Below are positions 7,716 to 17,091 of a DNA stretch of 46,273 nt, one piece after another (position 1 is the stretch's first letter; every line of letters starts with the position of its first letter). The notes under the pieces were generated by a model that had not been told where the DNA came from, did no database searches, and was given only the letters and a program-made list of their open reading frames with translations. A program made the translations under genes and the position numbers. This stretch comes from Pseudomonadota bacterium (GTDB lineage: Bacteria; Bdellovibrionota_B; Oligoflexia; Silvanigrellales; Silvanigrellaceae), in the NCBI GenBank assembly GCA_039799905.1, contig JBDLRP010000049.1, positions 1 through 46,273 on the forward strand. The letters are read 5' to 3'.

Positions 7716-8893
7716 AACAGTTTCCCGCGCGCAACACTGCCGTTATCAGCCCACCGACAGAGCAAGAGGCTCATGCTCTTGTCACCTACCGCGTTGATAA
7801 AAACCTACACGGTGCGGAAATATTTGAGGAGATTGCGATCGGCCAGACGTTGGGGGCGTGGGACGAACGCTTTGCGAATGTAAACACACTCCGCGCCAAA
7901 GTCGCGAAAATCATCGCATACCATGAAGATGAATCTCAGCTTTTAGCGACGATCGCCTTTCCTGTTCAGTTGTGGCACGGAAAGTTGAGCTGGCTGCTGG
8001 CGCTGATTTTCGGCAAAATGAGTTTCTACCGCGGTGTAACGCTCGAAAATGTCAGTTTTGATGAGCACTGTCTGCGTTCGGGAATCTTCAACGGCCCGCA
8101 ACTCGGTCTTTCCGAACTGCGTGAACGCTGTGGCGCTGCTGCAGGCCGTCCGTTGTTGATGGGAATCCTCAAACCCAACGTTGCCATGAGCGATGAGGCG
8201 GTGGCTGATCTTTATTCTGAGGTTGCCCACGCCGGTGTGCATCTAGTCAAAGACGACGAGATCCGCCACGATGAAAGCCTCAATGCCACGCTACGACGGG
8301 TTGAGCGAGTCGCCGTGCGGAAAGCCAAAGAAAAACTGCACACCCAATATGTCGTACATGCGCCCATCGACATTACTGCCGTTGCGGATTTGAAAAACTG
8401 GTGCGCGCGCCTGCAAAACGCGGGCGCGGACGCGTTGCTTGTCAACGTCTGGACAACCGGTCTGGATGCGCTGCAAAACATACGTGCTGTTACAAAACTT
8501 CCACTGGTCGCGCATCCCGCACTTGCCGGAGCAATGGGTCAGGGCCTGTCCGGAGACTCCATCTGTCCGAGCGTCATGCTCGGCAGTTTGCTGCGCGCAG
8601 CCGGTGCAGATCTGACGCTTTTTCCCAGCCCGTACGGAAAAATCGGCCTGCCAAAACTGACGGCGTTGAAAATTGCAGAAAAGTGCACCGAATCATGGAG
8701 CGGCGGAATTAAGCCCATCATTCCCGTTCCCAGCGCAGGAATCAAACCTGAACACGTTCCTGCAGCCCTTGTGGATTTTGGACACGATTTTATTCTGAAT
8801 GCCGGCACGGCAATTTTCGCAAGCGGCCGCTCGGTCGCCGATTCCGCAAAAGACTTTCTGCAGCGAATGGAGGCCGCACACAATGCGCGTTGA
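7712..8893 (+). CDS. mtnW: RuBisCO-like protein (form IV), probable 2,3-diketo-5-methylthiopentyl-1-phosphate enolase
   Basis: GVHLVKDDE RuBisCO motif, FGKMS, HPALAGA, LFPSPYG, PVPSAGI resemble Bacillus YkrW/MtnW; ATGA overlap with mtnA; sits between mtnA and mtnB. Confidence 0.88.
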   Translation: MKQFPARNTAVISPPTEQEAHALVTYRVDKNLHGAEIFEEIAIGQTLGAWDERFANVNTLRAKVAKIIAYHEDESQLLATIAFPVQLWHGKLSWLLALIFGKMSFYRGVTLENVSFDEHCLRSGIFNGPQLGLSELRERCGAAAGRPLLMGILKPNVAMSDEAVADLYSEVAHAGVHLVKDDEIRHDESLNATLRRVERVAVRKAKEKLHTQYVVHAPIDITAVADLKNWCARLQNAGADALLVNVWTTGLDALQNIRAVTKLPLVAHPALAGAMGQGLSGDSICPSVMLGSLLRAAGADLTLFPSPYGKIGLPKLTALKIAEKCTESWSGGIKPIIPVPSAGIKPEHVPAALVDFGHDFILNAGTAIFASGRSVADSAKDFLQRMEAAHNAR

Positions 8894-9527
8894 ACGCCGA
8901 TACCGTTTTGATGCCAGCGGCCAAATGCCGCTCTCGCTATTTGAGCAAATCAAGCTCGGCCAATTGTGCGAAGTGGCTGTGCGACTTGACAGCAGACACG
9001 CGATTCCAGCCACCAGCAGCAACTTCAGCATCCGCCGCGATGACTCAGCATTCTTCGTCTCGCGCTCTGGAAAACACAAACGCGCGCTCAATCCGAGTGA
9101 CTTTTTGCTTGTTGATCTTCATGGACGGGCAAAAGCTCCCGTTGCACCCAAACCCAGCGACGAAACTCTGCTGCACGCGGTCATCTACAAAAACTGCCCG
9201 TGGATCGAATGCGTCATCCACTGCCACGCTCCGGAACTTGAGTTTTTGCGTGCCCCGAGCTTCACAGTCGAGGGGCATGAACTCCTTAAGGCGCTCGGTG
9301 CAAGCGATCATCTCACGCCTCTCGACCTGCGCGTGTATGAAAACACGCAGGACATGGCCGAATTGGCGTCCGGCGTTGAATCGCGGCAGTTGACTGGTGA
9401 TGGTACGCGCGGAGCAGTGACGTTCGTGCTTGCTCGACATGGCATCTACTGCGGCGGCGAAAACATCGGAAAAACAGAGGCCTACTTGGAAGCCCTGCTG
9501 CATCTGCTAAAGTTGCAGCAAACGTAA
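8883..9527 (+). CDS. mtnB: Methylthioribulose-1-phosphate dehydratase (class II aldolase fold)
   Basis: PATSSNFS, SRSGKHK, KPSDETLLH, HCH, GHELLKAL, ENTQDM, HGIY; 11-nt overlap with the RLP gene. Confidence 0.9.
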   Translation: MRVERRYRFDASGQMPLSLFEQIKLGQLCEVAVRLDSRHAIPATSSNFSIRRDDSAFFVSRSGKHKRALNPSDFLLVDLHGRAKAPVAPKPSDETLLHAVIYKNCPWIECVIHCHAPELEFLRAPSFTVEGHELLKALGASDHLTPLDLRVYENTQDMAELASGVESRQLTGDGTRGAVTFVLARHGIYCGGENIGKTEAYLEALLHLLKLQQT

Positions 9528-9568
9528 GTTGCCGCAGCGCCGGCAGTCTCGTCCACGGGAGGCTCAGT

Positions 9569-9934
9569 TTGACGATACCAATTCTAACACTTCTTGGAAT
9601 CGGACTCGCCGCAGGTATACTCAGCGGATTGGTGGGAATTGGCGGCGGACTTGTCATTGTTCCATTGCTCGTCATGCTGGGCGGAATGCAACAAATCAGC
9701 GCACAGGGAACATCCATCGGCGCGCTGATTTTGCCCGTGGGCATCTTCGCCGCACTGAAATATTACAAAGCCGGAAACCTCGACATCCGTTCGTCGCTTT
9801 ACATTGCCCTCGCCATGGCTGCAGGCGCTTACCTTGGAGCCAGCTTGGCCCTGCAGCTGCCTCAGGACACACTCAAAAAAATATTTGGTATTGTCCTCGT
9901 CTCGGCAGGGTTGAAATTCCTCCTGTCCAAATAA
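9569..9934 (+). CDS. Half-size TauE/SafE (TSUP) family membrane protein
   Basis: GILSGLVGIGGGLVIVP and AQGTS motifs; 121 aa; TTG start after a GGAGG RBS. Confidence 0.88.
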   Translation: MTIPILTLLGIGLAAGILSGLVGIGGGLVIVPLLVMLGGMQQISAQGTSIGALILPVGIFAALKYYKAGNLDIRSSLYIALAMAAGAYLGASLALQLPQDTLKKIFGIVLVSAGLKFLLSK

Positions 9935-9967
9935 TCGCGCCCGCAAACACTTTATTTTGGAGCATTT

Positions 9968-11599
9968 ATGTCAACGACACAAAAGCCTTCTGTCGCTTAT
10001 TTCTGCATGGAATACGGACTCGAAACAGCTCTGAAAATTTATTGTGGCGGTTTAGGGATTCTTGCCGGCGATACGCTCAAGGGTGCAAAAGACAACAAAT
10101 TGCCCCTGGTTGGTATCGGTCTTAAATGGAAACAGGGTTACACGGAGCAAAGAATCGGCGCCGACGGCAAACCCTACGACGCCTACCATAATTTTCAATA
10201 CCCAGAACTGAAGGACACCGGCGTAAAAGTCAGCGTGAAAATTCGCCAAAATGACGTCTGGTGCAAGGTTTGGCTTTGCGATGCCTATAACAACGCCCCG
10301 CTCTATCTTCTCGACACCGACATTCCGGAAAACGCCGACAAGTGGATCACCGGTCAGCTTTATGGATGGTTCGGTGAAGAGCGCGTCGCACAGGAGATCG
10401 TCCTCGGCGTTGGCGGCGTGCGGGCTCTGCAGGCGCTCGGACACCCCGTGGACGTCTACCACTTCAACGAAGGACATGCCGCTCTGGCCGGTTTGGAATT
10501 AATCCGCCAAAAAATGAATCAGGGGCAAAGCTTTGATGCCGCGTGGCAGCAGACCCGCCAGCAGATTGTGTTCACGACCCATACACCGATCAAGGAAGGC
10601 AACGAACACCACAACCATGAATTGTTGCAGTACATGGGCGCCACGCTGGGTCTGAGCATCGAGCAGATGCACCGCATCGGTGGCACACCGTTCAACATGA
10701 CGGTGGCTGGACTCCGACTGTCGCGCAATTCCAACGCTGTCGCGCAGCTTCATGCGGAAACTGCCAACCAGATGTGGGCCGACGTTTCGGGCCGTTCCTC
10801 GATCATCGGGATCACAAACGGAATCCACGTTCCAACTTGGGTAGATGAGCGCATGCGCCGCGATTTTACATCACTTGAAGCGATGTGGACTGCGCATCAG
10901 GAAGTTAAGAAGGATTCCATCAACTTCATCAAACAACGCAGCGGCGTTCAACTCAATCCAGATTCGCTGCTGATTGGCTTCTCGCGCCGCGCAGCTCCCT
11001 ACAAACGCAGCAACCTTATTTTTGCATACGAAAACAAGCTCGGTGAACTACTCAAAAGCGGCAAAGTGCAAATCGTATTTTCCGGCAAAGCACATCCGCT
11101 CGATGACACGGGCAAGGCGATCGTTCACAACCTTGTGCAGATGTCACGCCAATATCCAAACAGCGTTGTGTTCCTCGAGAACTACGACATGGACATTGGC
11201 CGTGCTCTGACGCGCGGCTGTGACGTCTGGCTCAACAACCCGCGCCGTCCGCTCGAAGCGTGCGGAACATCCGGAATGAAGGCTGCAATGAACGGAGTGC
11301 TCAACGTGAGTATTCTTGATGGTTGGTGGCCGGAGGCTTGCAAAAACGGTGTCAATGGCTGGGCCATTGGCGACGAGCAGGTTCCGCCGAACGTTGCCGC
11401 ACAAGACGAGCGCGACGCGCTCGCACTCTACAAAGTTCTTGTTGATGAAGTCATTCCGACCTTCTACAACGATCGCCCACGCTGGCTGAAAATGATGAAG
11501 GCGAGCATTGAAAGCTGCAGCAAGGAGTTCTCGGCCGACCGTATGTTGAATGAGTACTTCAACAAGCTTTACACCGCGCAGGCCAATATCATCGGCTGA
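9968..11599 (+). CDS. glgP: Alpha-glucan phosphorylase (short type)
   Basis: AYFCMEYG, GGLGILAGD, HFNEGH, RRAAPYKR, GKAHP, PLP motif EACGTSGMKAAMNG. Confidence 0.96.
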   Translation: MSTTQKPSVAYFCMEYGLETALKIYCGGLGILAGDTLKGAKDNKLPLVGIGLKWKQGYTEQRIGADGKPYDAYHNFQYPELKDTGVKVSVKIRQNDVWCKVWLCDAYNNAPLYLLDTDIPENADKWITGQLYGWFGEERVAQEIVLGVGGVRALQALGHPVDVYHFNEGHAALAGLELIRQKMNQGQSFDAAWQQTRQQIVFTTHTPIKEGNEHHNHELLQYMGATLGLSIEQMHRIGGTPFNMTVAGLRLSRNSNAVAQLHAETANQMWADVSGRSSIIGITNGIHVPTWVDERMRRDFTSLEAMWTAHQEVKKDSINFIKQRSGVQLNPDSLLIGFSRRAAPYKRSNLIFAYENKLGELLKSGKVQIVFSGKAHPLDDTGKAIVHNLVQMSRQYPNSVVFLENYDMDIGRALTRGCDVWLNNPRRPLEACGTSGMKAAMNGVLNVSILDGWWPEACKNGVNGWAIGDEQVPPNVAAQDERDALALYKVLVDEVIPTFYNDRPRWLKMMKASIESCSKEFSADRMLNEYFNKLYTAQANIIG

Positions 11600-11687
11600 A
11601 TAAAACCGCTATTCCCAAGCCTGATTTATCAACATTGACTCTGCCGGTGCGAGACGATTGCGGACAGCCGCCCTCAGCACCGGTCAT

Positions 11688-12272
11688 TTATAATTGGCAA
11701 TCAAACTCTGCAGAGAGATCACCCGTCACAGTCTCGGAGATCGGATTGCGAGTCGTTCCGTTGAGAAGTGTCTGGATCATTTTTGTACAGACAACTTTCG
11801 CCTTGGTTTTGGGAGACACTTCACTGAACTGAATCTGGCATGAACCTGAATAGGTGAAATTCTGATTTTTTTCGGCTTCTTCACGGTACATGCTGTATGC
11901 ATTGGTGCCGGTGGGCGACGATACCCGCGCGTATACATAACAATTGTCATATTTATTTCCGAGGCTGGTTCCCGCACGGTTATCCTCGGCCTGCTTGCAG
12001 GTATAAGTTTCCAGTGTCGACTTGAACCCTTTGATCCTCAACTTCAGTGACGAGCGTCCGTCTTCGCTCAATGCTTCAAAATCATAGATCCCAATATCCG
12101 CGTCGCGTTTGCAGGTTGTAAGCTTTGTCAGGGTTGTCACTGTCGCATCGTTTGAGCCGGTGTTTGAAAAAGTCAGGTTACCAAACACACTGGTCGACTT
12201 GCTCGCATCACTGCAACCGGCAAAAAAAGTCACACAGGCTGCGGCCAGCAGACAAAATGAAAACTGAGTCAT
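11688..12272 (-). CDS. Hypothetical lipoprotein
   Basis: FFAGC lipobox; GGAGGA RBS; beta-rich mature region with several Cys. Confidence 0.8.
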   Translation of the reverse strand: MTQFSFCLLAAACVTFFAGCSDASKSTSVFGNLTFSNTGSNDATVTTLTKLTTCKRDADIGIYDFEALSEDGRSSLKLRIKGFKSTLETYTCKQAEDNRAGTSLGNKYDNCYVYARVSSPTGTNAYSMYREEAEKNQNFTYSGSCQIQFSEVSPKTKAKVVCTKMIQTLLNGTTRNPISETVTGDLSAEFDCQL

Positions 12273-12275
12273 AAA

Positions 12276-12296
12276 TCCTCCATCTCTGATGGAGAA
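12276..12296 (-). promoter_or_regulatory. Hairpin sequestering the Shine-Dalgarno of the 11688-12272 gene
   Basis: mRNA reads UUCUCCAUC-AGA-GAUGGAGGA-UUU-AUG (9-bp stem including one GU pair). Confidence 0.45.
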
Positions 12297-12379
12297 AAGT
12301 GTAAGCGAAGTTGGTTTGGGGTGCCAAGCAGGTTCCGCCAAAGCTGCGGACAAACTCAGTCTGAATTTTCATATCTGCC

Positions 12380-14563
12380 TCAATCGGCAGGCAACTCTGC
12401 CGCAGGGGGCGTGAAGTCGGTGGTGTAACGAATGAAGCGGCTGATCCGCAATTCGTCAATCTGACCGATCACTTCCGGGCCCAAAATCAACAGACTTGCG
12501 CTGGCCGGAATCGCCTTCAAACCCGACGTCGCAGATCCGCACAAACTTCCATGCGCAAAGAGCTTCATTGCACCTTCGTCAAAAGTTGCGGCGATGTGCG
12601 TGTAGCCATTTGCATTCTTGGAAAACCCTTTGCCTATGCAGCTGACGCTCTTCCAAGAATCGTCTCCTAAAACGGAAAAGATAATGCCTGTGAGCCGGCC
12701 GCCACTTGAACTCTCGTTCATAAACTCAATTTTCCAACTCTCGTCTTTTCCTACAAGGAGAACGGGGCGGTCTGAAGTGTCTTGCGATGTTTTCAAGAAC
12801 ACCTCGAACGTCGCCCTCCTTCGCCAAAGCGAATGCACGATGCTGTCGACGAGTCCGTGTACACCTTTCGACAGATTGAGAGCATTTCCAAAGGCACCGT
12901 TTGCTGAATATGAGGTATTATTGAGTGCGTCAGTGAAAGCATTGGAGTAGTTCATGCCGTCAACTGAGTTATATGCTGACGCATTTCCCAACGATGAAAA
13001 GTGATACAGAAGAGCTGTTTTCGAAGTATCCAAAATACTGACCGGCACAGTCCGCACGGCTGATGAACGGCCCGTTGTATCGGTGACCTGCAGATTCAGG
13101 CTGAACGAGCTGGGAACTGAGTCCAATTGGTTGCTAGCAATCTCGATGAACCCCTTGCAGACCCGTTGATTTCCTGAGGCACTTGCAAGTTTCCAGCTGA
13201 TGGGCTTCAACAAATCGGCAGGTGTGGTTGTGAGGGCCAGTCTGTCTGAAGTGCAGTCGATCTGCGAAATGCTGTCCGGATCCGAAATTGTGAAAACAAG
13301 CTCCTTGCCACTCTGCGAGAACAATTTCATCGCAGCAATACTTCCTATCGCAGGAGGATTCTCAACCGGAGGTGTTGCTGCTGTAATCTGAAAGGTGAAA
13401 TCGGCATCTGTTTGCAACGATGCGTTTCCCGAGGCGTCCGTTGCAACAGCTGACGGTGATGCAACAATCCGCAATCTCGCCTCACCGGTTCCACTGCAAC
13501 CAGAGACACTCACTGTGCGTTCCGAAAGTCCCGCCCCCGTGACGTTCACTGTCGAGCAGGTTGCGCCACCTGTAGAGTCAATCTGAACCTGATTTTTGAA
13601 AAGCTCGTTACTGAGGACTGTAGCTATACCGCTCGCGCCGTCATTCACGTCTTCAATTTTCACAACGTGACTGACAGTCGAGGAAGGTCCGGCAACTGCG
13701 ACATCGGGTGCAGAAATGCGCAACATGGGTGGCGTCGTGTCTTTGTGCAACGGGAGAATTTGAGTCACGTAGCTGCCCGAGGGCAATCTGTGCGTCAACA
13801 AAACCAATTTTTCACCATCATGGCCGTTCAAATCAACAGAAAGATTGAAGACGTTATTGCTACAGGATACAACCGGACTGCTGTTGATATCCCCTGTGAC
13901 GAGTATTTCTGCGCCAGTCACACAACGACCTGTGATCGATACATTTCCTTGGCTGGCGCTGACCGGCAACGGTGACTCAACCGCGAATGCGAATTTATTT
14001 TCGACGAAAAACTTTTCCTGCGACGATAAGCGAGGTATCGAAAAAGTTGCAACGGCAACTCTTGTTGAACTGTTCCAAGCTGAATCCGAAAGCTCGGGAA
14101 CCTCGATTCCCAAAGAACGCCCCAATTCAGCTGGCTTCCCTCCGCGGCTCCGTGACGCTTCAATAAGCGAAGCGACATCGCTCGGAAGCGATAAGGTCAC
14201 GTGAACAACTGCAGCATTCTTCTCAATCCGCAGATCCACTTTTCCGGCTGGAATTTTTTCGACAGGCAAATAAAACTGGCCATCTGACGCTGTCTGAACA
14301 GTGAGTCCGTTTTTTTCAATTTGAAAGGATGTATCAGGTAAGATCGCCCCAGAGGCGTCGACCATGACTCCGCTCAGGAAACTACCGGTCACAACCACGG
14401 GAGGAATAACGGTCGGCTCGGGAGCCAGAGGCTTGCTGTCGTCCTTTCGCTCTCGCGAAATTTCACCCGTGGGAAGAGCAATTTTGCTTTTTCCACACGA
14501 GTACAAGGCACCGCTCAGCGATGCGACCAATAACCAGCTGCCTATGCGAGACCGCTCGACCAT
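12380..14563 (-). CDS. Large lipoprotein with Ig-like regions and C-terminal LamG/ConA-like domain
   Basis: ALYSC lipobox; DTTPP and DASGN Ig-like motifs; THIAATFD..MKLF..G and GQIDELRIS..RYTTDFTPP typical of LamG-like domains. Confidence 0.8.
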   Translation of the reverse strand: MVERSRIGSWLLVASLSGALYSCGKSKIALPTGEISRERKDDSKPLAPEPTVIPPVVVTGSFLSGVMVDASGAILPDTSFQIEKNGLTVQTASDGQFYLPVEKIPAGKVDLRIEKNAAVVHVTLSLPSDVASLIEASRSRGGKPAELGRSLGIEVPELSDSAWNSSTRVAVATFSIPRLSSQEKFFVENKFAFAVESPLPVSASQGNVSITGRCVTGAEILVTGDINSSPVVSCSNNVFNLSVDLNGHDGEKLVLLTHRLPSGSYVTQILPLHKDTTPPMLRISAPDVAVAGPSSTVSHVVKIEDVNDGASGIATVLSNELFKNQVQIDSTGGATCSTVNVTGAGLSERTVSVSGCSGTGEARLRIVASPSAVATDASGNASLQTDADFTFQITAATPPVENPPAIGSIAAMKLFSQSGKELVFTISDPDSISQIDCTSDRLALTTTPADLLKPISWKLASASGNQRVCKGFIEIASNQLDSVPSSFSLNLQVTDTTGRSSAVRTVPVSILDTSKTALLYHFSSLGNASAYNSVDGMNYSNAFTDALNNTSYSANGAFGNALNLSKGVHGLVDSIVHSLWRRRATFEVFLKTSQDTSDRPVLLVGKDESWKIEFMNESSSGGRLTGIIFSVLGDDSWKSVSCIGKGFSKNANGYTHIAATFDEGAMKLFAHGSLCGSATSGLKAIPASASLLILGPEVIGQIDELRISRFIRYTTDFTPPAAELPAD

Positions 14564-14729
14564 GCCCTTCTCCCATTGGTCAAGATATCGGAGATGATTA
14601 TCGGAATATTCAGGGATTTTATCGTTAGATGCGGAGATTTGATTTTCTTTTGTGACTACATGTATTTAGCTTGAGCACCAAAAGCAGCGGCGGACGAGTT
14701 AAGGTCCGCTTCCCGCCCGCCTCACCGAC

Positions 14730-16871
14730 TCACCTATAGAAAAGAACGTTGTTTGGAACTGTCCGTTTCGACAACGCCGGTCCCTGGTACATAACTCGCA
14801 ATCCTGCGGTGCTGGATGCTTGGAAATAGTCGACTCGAATCGCGTGATAGCCGACAGGCAAGATGATTGAACCGACACGTTCGCGCAACCTGTGAACACC
14901 ACCATTCTCAACAACCAGTGTGTTGTTGATGTAGAGTCTGCTTCCATCGTCAGATGCTGTGAAGAATTTATAAGTTCCGGCGCGCATGACCTGAATATAG
15001 CCATTGAAGCTGAAACCGTAATTCTTGTTCTGAGCTCTCGGCGCGGTGAAAAAGTTTTTGGTCACTCCGACTTTAACGGGAGACATGCGTGGATAGTCCG
15101 GTAGATCAGTCCACGCGACGGGCGTTGTGTAATAAGAATATCGAAGACCGCGTTTGAGTGCAGGAGTTGGTTTGGGCGTCGGTTTCGCAGTCGGCGCGAC
15201 TGTAGGATTCGGTGTCGGAGAAGCAGTCGGCACCAGAGTTGGTGTCGGCGCAGGTGTCGGGCTTGGGCTCGGGCTTGGGCTCGGGCTTGGGCTCGGGCTT
15301 GGGCTTGGGCTTGGGCTTGGACTTGGGCTTGGGCTTGGGCTTGGGCTTGGACTTGGACTTGGGCTTGGGCTCGGGCTTGGGCTTGGGCTTGGTGTTGCCG
15401 TCGGCACTGGAGTCGGCACCTGAGTAATTTTTTCGAATGCTCTTTGCGCATTGATGCGAGTACCCGTAGCGACTTTGATTGACAGCCCTGTAAACGCATC
15501 ACCCGTCGTCAAAATAGCCTGCTTCACATCCAAATAAGTTGATTCCGGCTTTTTGCTCCATATCAAGGTCGCAAGACCAGCAACGTGTGGCGTCGCCATC
15601 GAGGTCCCACTGTAGGATGCATATCCGTTATTTGGAACAGTACTCAAAACATCTCTGCCTGGTGCGGCAATGTTCACTCCGTCGCCATAATTGGAAAAAG
15701 ACGACAGCGCATCATTGGGATCGGTTGAAGCGATCGACAGAACGTTGTCGTACGTTTTGCTGTAATATGCTGGATAACTCGAAGCGGCCGCCGATTCGTT
15801 GCCAGCTGCTGCTATAAATAGGTGGCCGTTGTTTTTTGTTGCTGTTAGCGCGGAAGCAATGAGGGAACTTGCGCCACCACCGCCGTAGCTGTTGCTTGTC
15901 ACGCGCGCACCGTTGCGAGTCGCGTACATAATCCCTTCATAAATGTCGAAATTGAAGCCCGAACCCGAATCACTCAAAACCTTGATCGGCATGAGCTTGG
16001 CTTTCCACGCGACACCGGCAACACCCAGTGAATTGTTTCCGCGTCCCGCCACAGTGCCGGCACAATGTGTACCGTGTCCGTTGCCGTCCATTGGATTGTT
16101 GTTAGCGGCATCAAAGTTCCAGCCCATCGTATCATCGACGTAACCGTTGTTGTCGTCATCGACGTTGTTGCCAGCGATTTCGTTTGTATTTTTCCAGATG
16201 TTGTCCTTCAAATCCTCGTGATTGTAGTCGATTCCGGTGTCAATCAATGCCACCGTAAAAGACTCATCTCCCTGCCATTGATCCCAGACCACGGGCGCAG
16301 ATATCTTTTGCATTCCCCATAGAGATGGCCAACGAGTGTCGTTGGGAATTGCAATTGTTTTGACCTCAAAGTTTGGCTCGGCCAACACAACAGAACCCAT
16401 CTCATGGAGTGCGTTGATGGCCTTATTCAGCACAGCGGGAGCCAAATCGGGGAGTTGAATTCTCAAGACCGAATACCGTGCCTCTCCGGCAGCATTTGTT
16501 GCACTCAACTTTAAATCACTCTTGGCGACACTGAGACCAGTGACCTCGACAGAACCCACCGCAGTCACGTTGGAAATATCTGAAGCGACAGAGTAACTCT
16601 TGACGTCACCTGAACGGCGACGGAGTGGGAGCGTTTCCTGCCAATCACTCTTCACCAGAACCACGAGCTGCCCCGGCTTGGCAGAATTTTGAAGGTTCTT
16701 TTTGGAGTAGGCATTCATCAAAAAATCCGCCTGAATTCCAAGCTCAAGCGCCGCCTGCGGAATTACAATTCCAGCGTCACTGGTGGGCTGGGCTTTCTTC
16801 TTCACGCAACCACCAGCAAAGGCAATAAATGTAAGCAGAGAGAAACACGGAACCAAAGCCGTACGGCGCAT
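14730..16871 (-). CDS. S8 (subtilisin-like) serine protease lipoprotein with Ser-Pro linker and C-terminal PA14 domain
   Basis: FAGGC lipobox; catalytic triad motifs [28 protein letters not shown]14 motif [20 protein letters not shown]. Confidence 0.95.
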   Translation of the reverse strand: MRRTALVPCFSLLTFIAFAGGCVKKKAQPTSDAGIVIPQAALELGIQADFLMNAYSKKNLQNSAKPGQLVVLVKSDWQETLPLRRRSGDVKSYSVASDISNVTAVGSVEVTGLSVAKSDLKLSATNAAGEARYSVLRIQLPDLAPAVLNKAINALHEMGSVVLAEPNFEVKTIAIPNDTRWPSLWGMQKISAPVVWDQWQGDESFTVALIDTGIDYNHEDLKDNIWKNTNEIAGNNVDDDNNGYVDDTMGWNFDAANNNPMDGNGHGTHCAGTVAGRGNNSLGVAGVAWKAKLMPIKVLSDSGSGFNFDIYEGIMYATRNGARVTSNSYGGGGASSLIASALTATKNNGHLFIAAAGNESAAASSYPAYYSKTYDNVLSIASTDPNDALSSFSNYGDGVNIAAPGRDVLSTVPNNGYASYSGTSMATPHVAGLATLIWSKKPESTYLDVKQAILTTGDAFTGLSIKVATGTRINAQRAFEKITQVPTPVPTATPSPSPSPSPSPSPSPSPSPSPSPSPSPSPSPSPSPSPSPSPSPSPTPAPTPTLVPTASPTPNPTVAPTAKPTPKPTPALKRGLRYSYYTTPVAWTDLPDYPRMSPVKVGVTKNFFTAPRAQNKNYGFSFNGYIQVMRAGTYKFFTASDDGSRLYINNTLVVENGGVHRLRERVGSIILPVGYHAIRVDYFQASSTAGLRVMYQGPALSKRTVPNNVLFYR
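15259..15390. repeat. Coding hexanucleotide tandem repeat (GGGCTT/GGGCTC/GGACTT) x22 encoding (Ser-Pro)22
   Basis: Read directly from the sequence: 132 bp, in frame within the S8 protease gene. Confidence 0.95.
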
Positions 16872-17091
16872 GAAGCCTCCAAGAGGTCAGTTTGTTTGGA
16901 TGCTCCTATTCTACCGAATGGCACTGTGTGTCGGTGGGCAAACGGTTCCGGAGGCGCGAGTTGCCGATCCGAGCGGTCGTTTCAAAGCAATTGCTTATCG
17001 AACCCCAGAAAAACGAATAAACTTGCAGATTTTTAAGTTTCAAATAAATTCTGCCTACTTCATTTTCTCCGGACAATCGTGGAGACCATCA

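Noticed and set aside
7712..8893. True CO2-fixing RuBisCO
   Set aside because: Lacks carboxylase residues (KPK is KPN, HRA is HPA, no ESSTGT); no prk or cbbS; mtn context indicates form IV
11644..11683. Inverted repeat CCGGTGC/GCACCGG between convergent glgP and lipoprotein genes
   Set aside because: Long interrupted loop and no U-tract; single copy in the window; cannot be called a terminator or REP
15259..15390. CRISPR array, or Gly-Leu / Ala-Gln repeat proteins in other frames
   Set aside because: No spacers; the alternative ORFs are shadows of the Ser-Pro coding repeat
16783..17091. 103-aa N-terminal extension of the ArnT ORF
   Set aside because: Overlaps the divergent protease start and promoter region; an RBS supports ATG 17092
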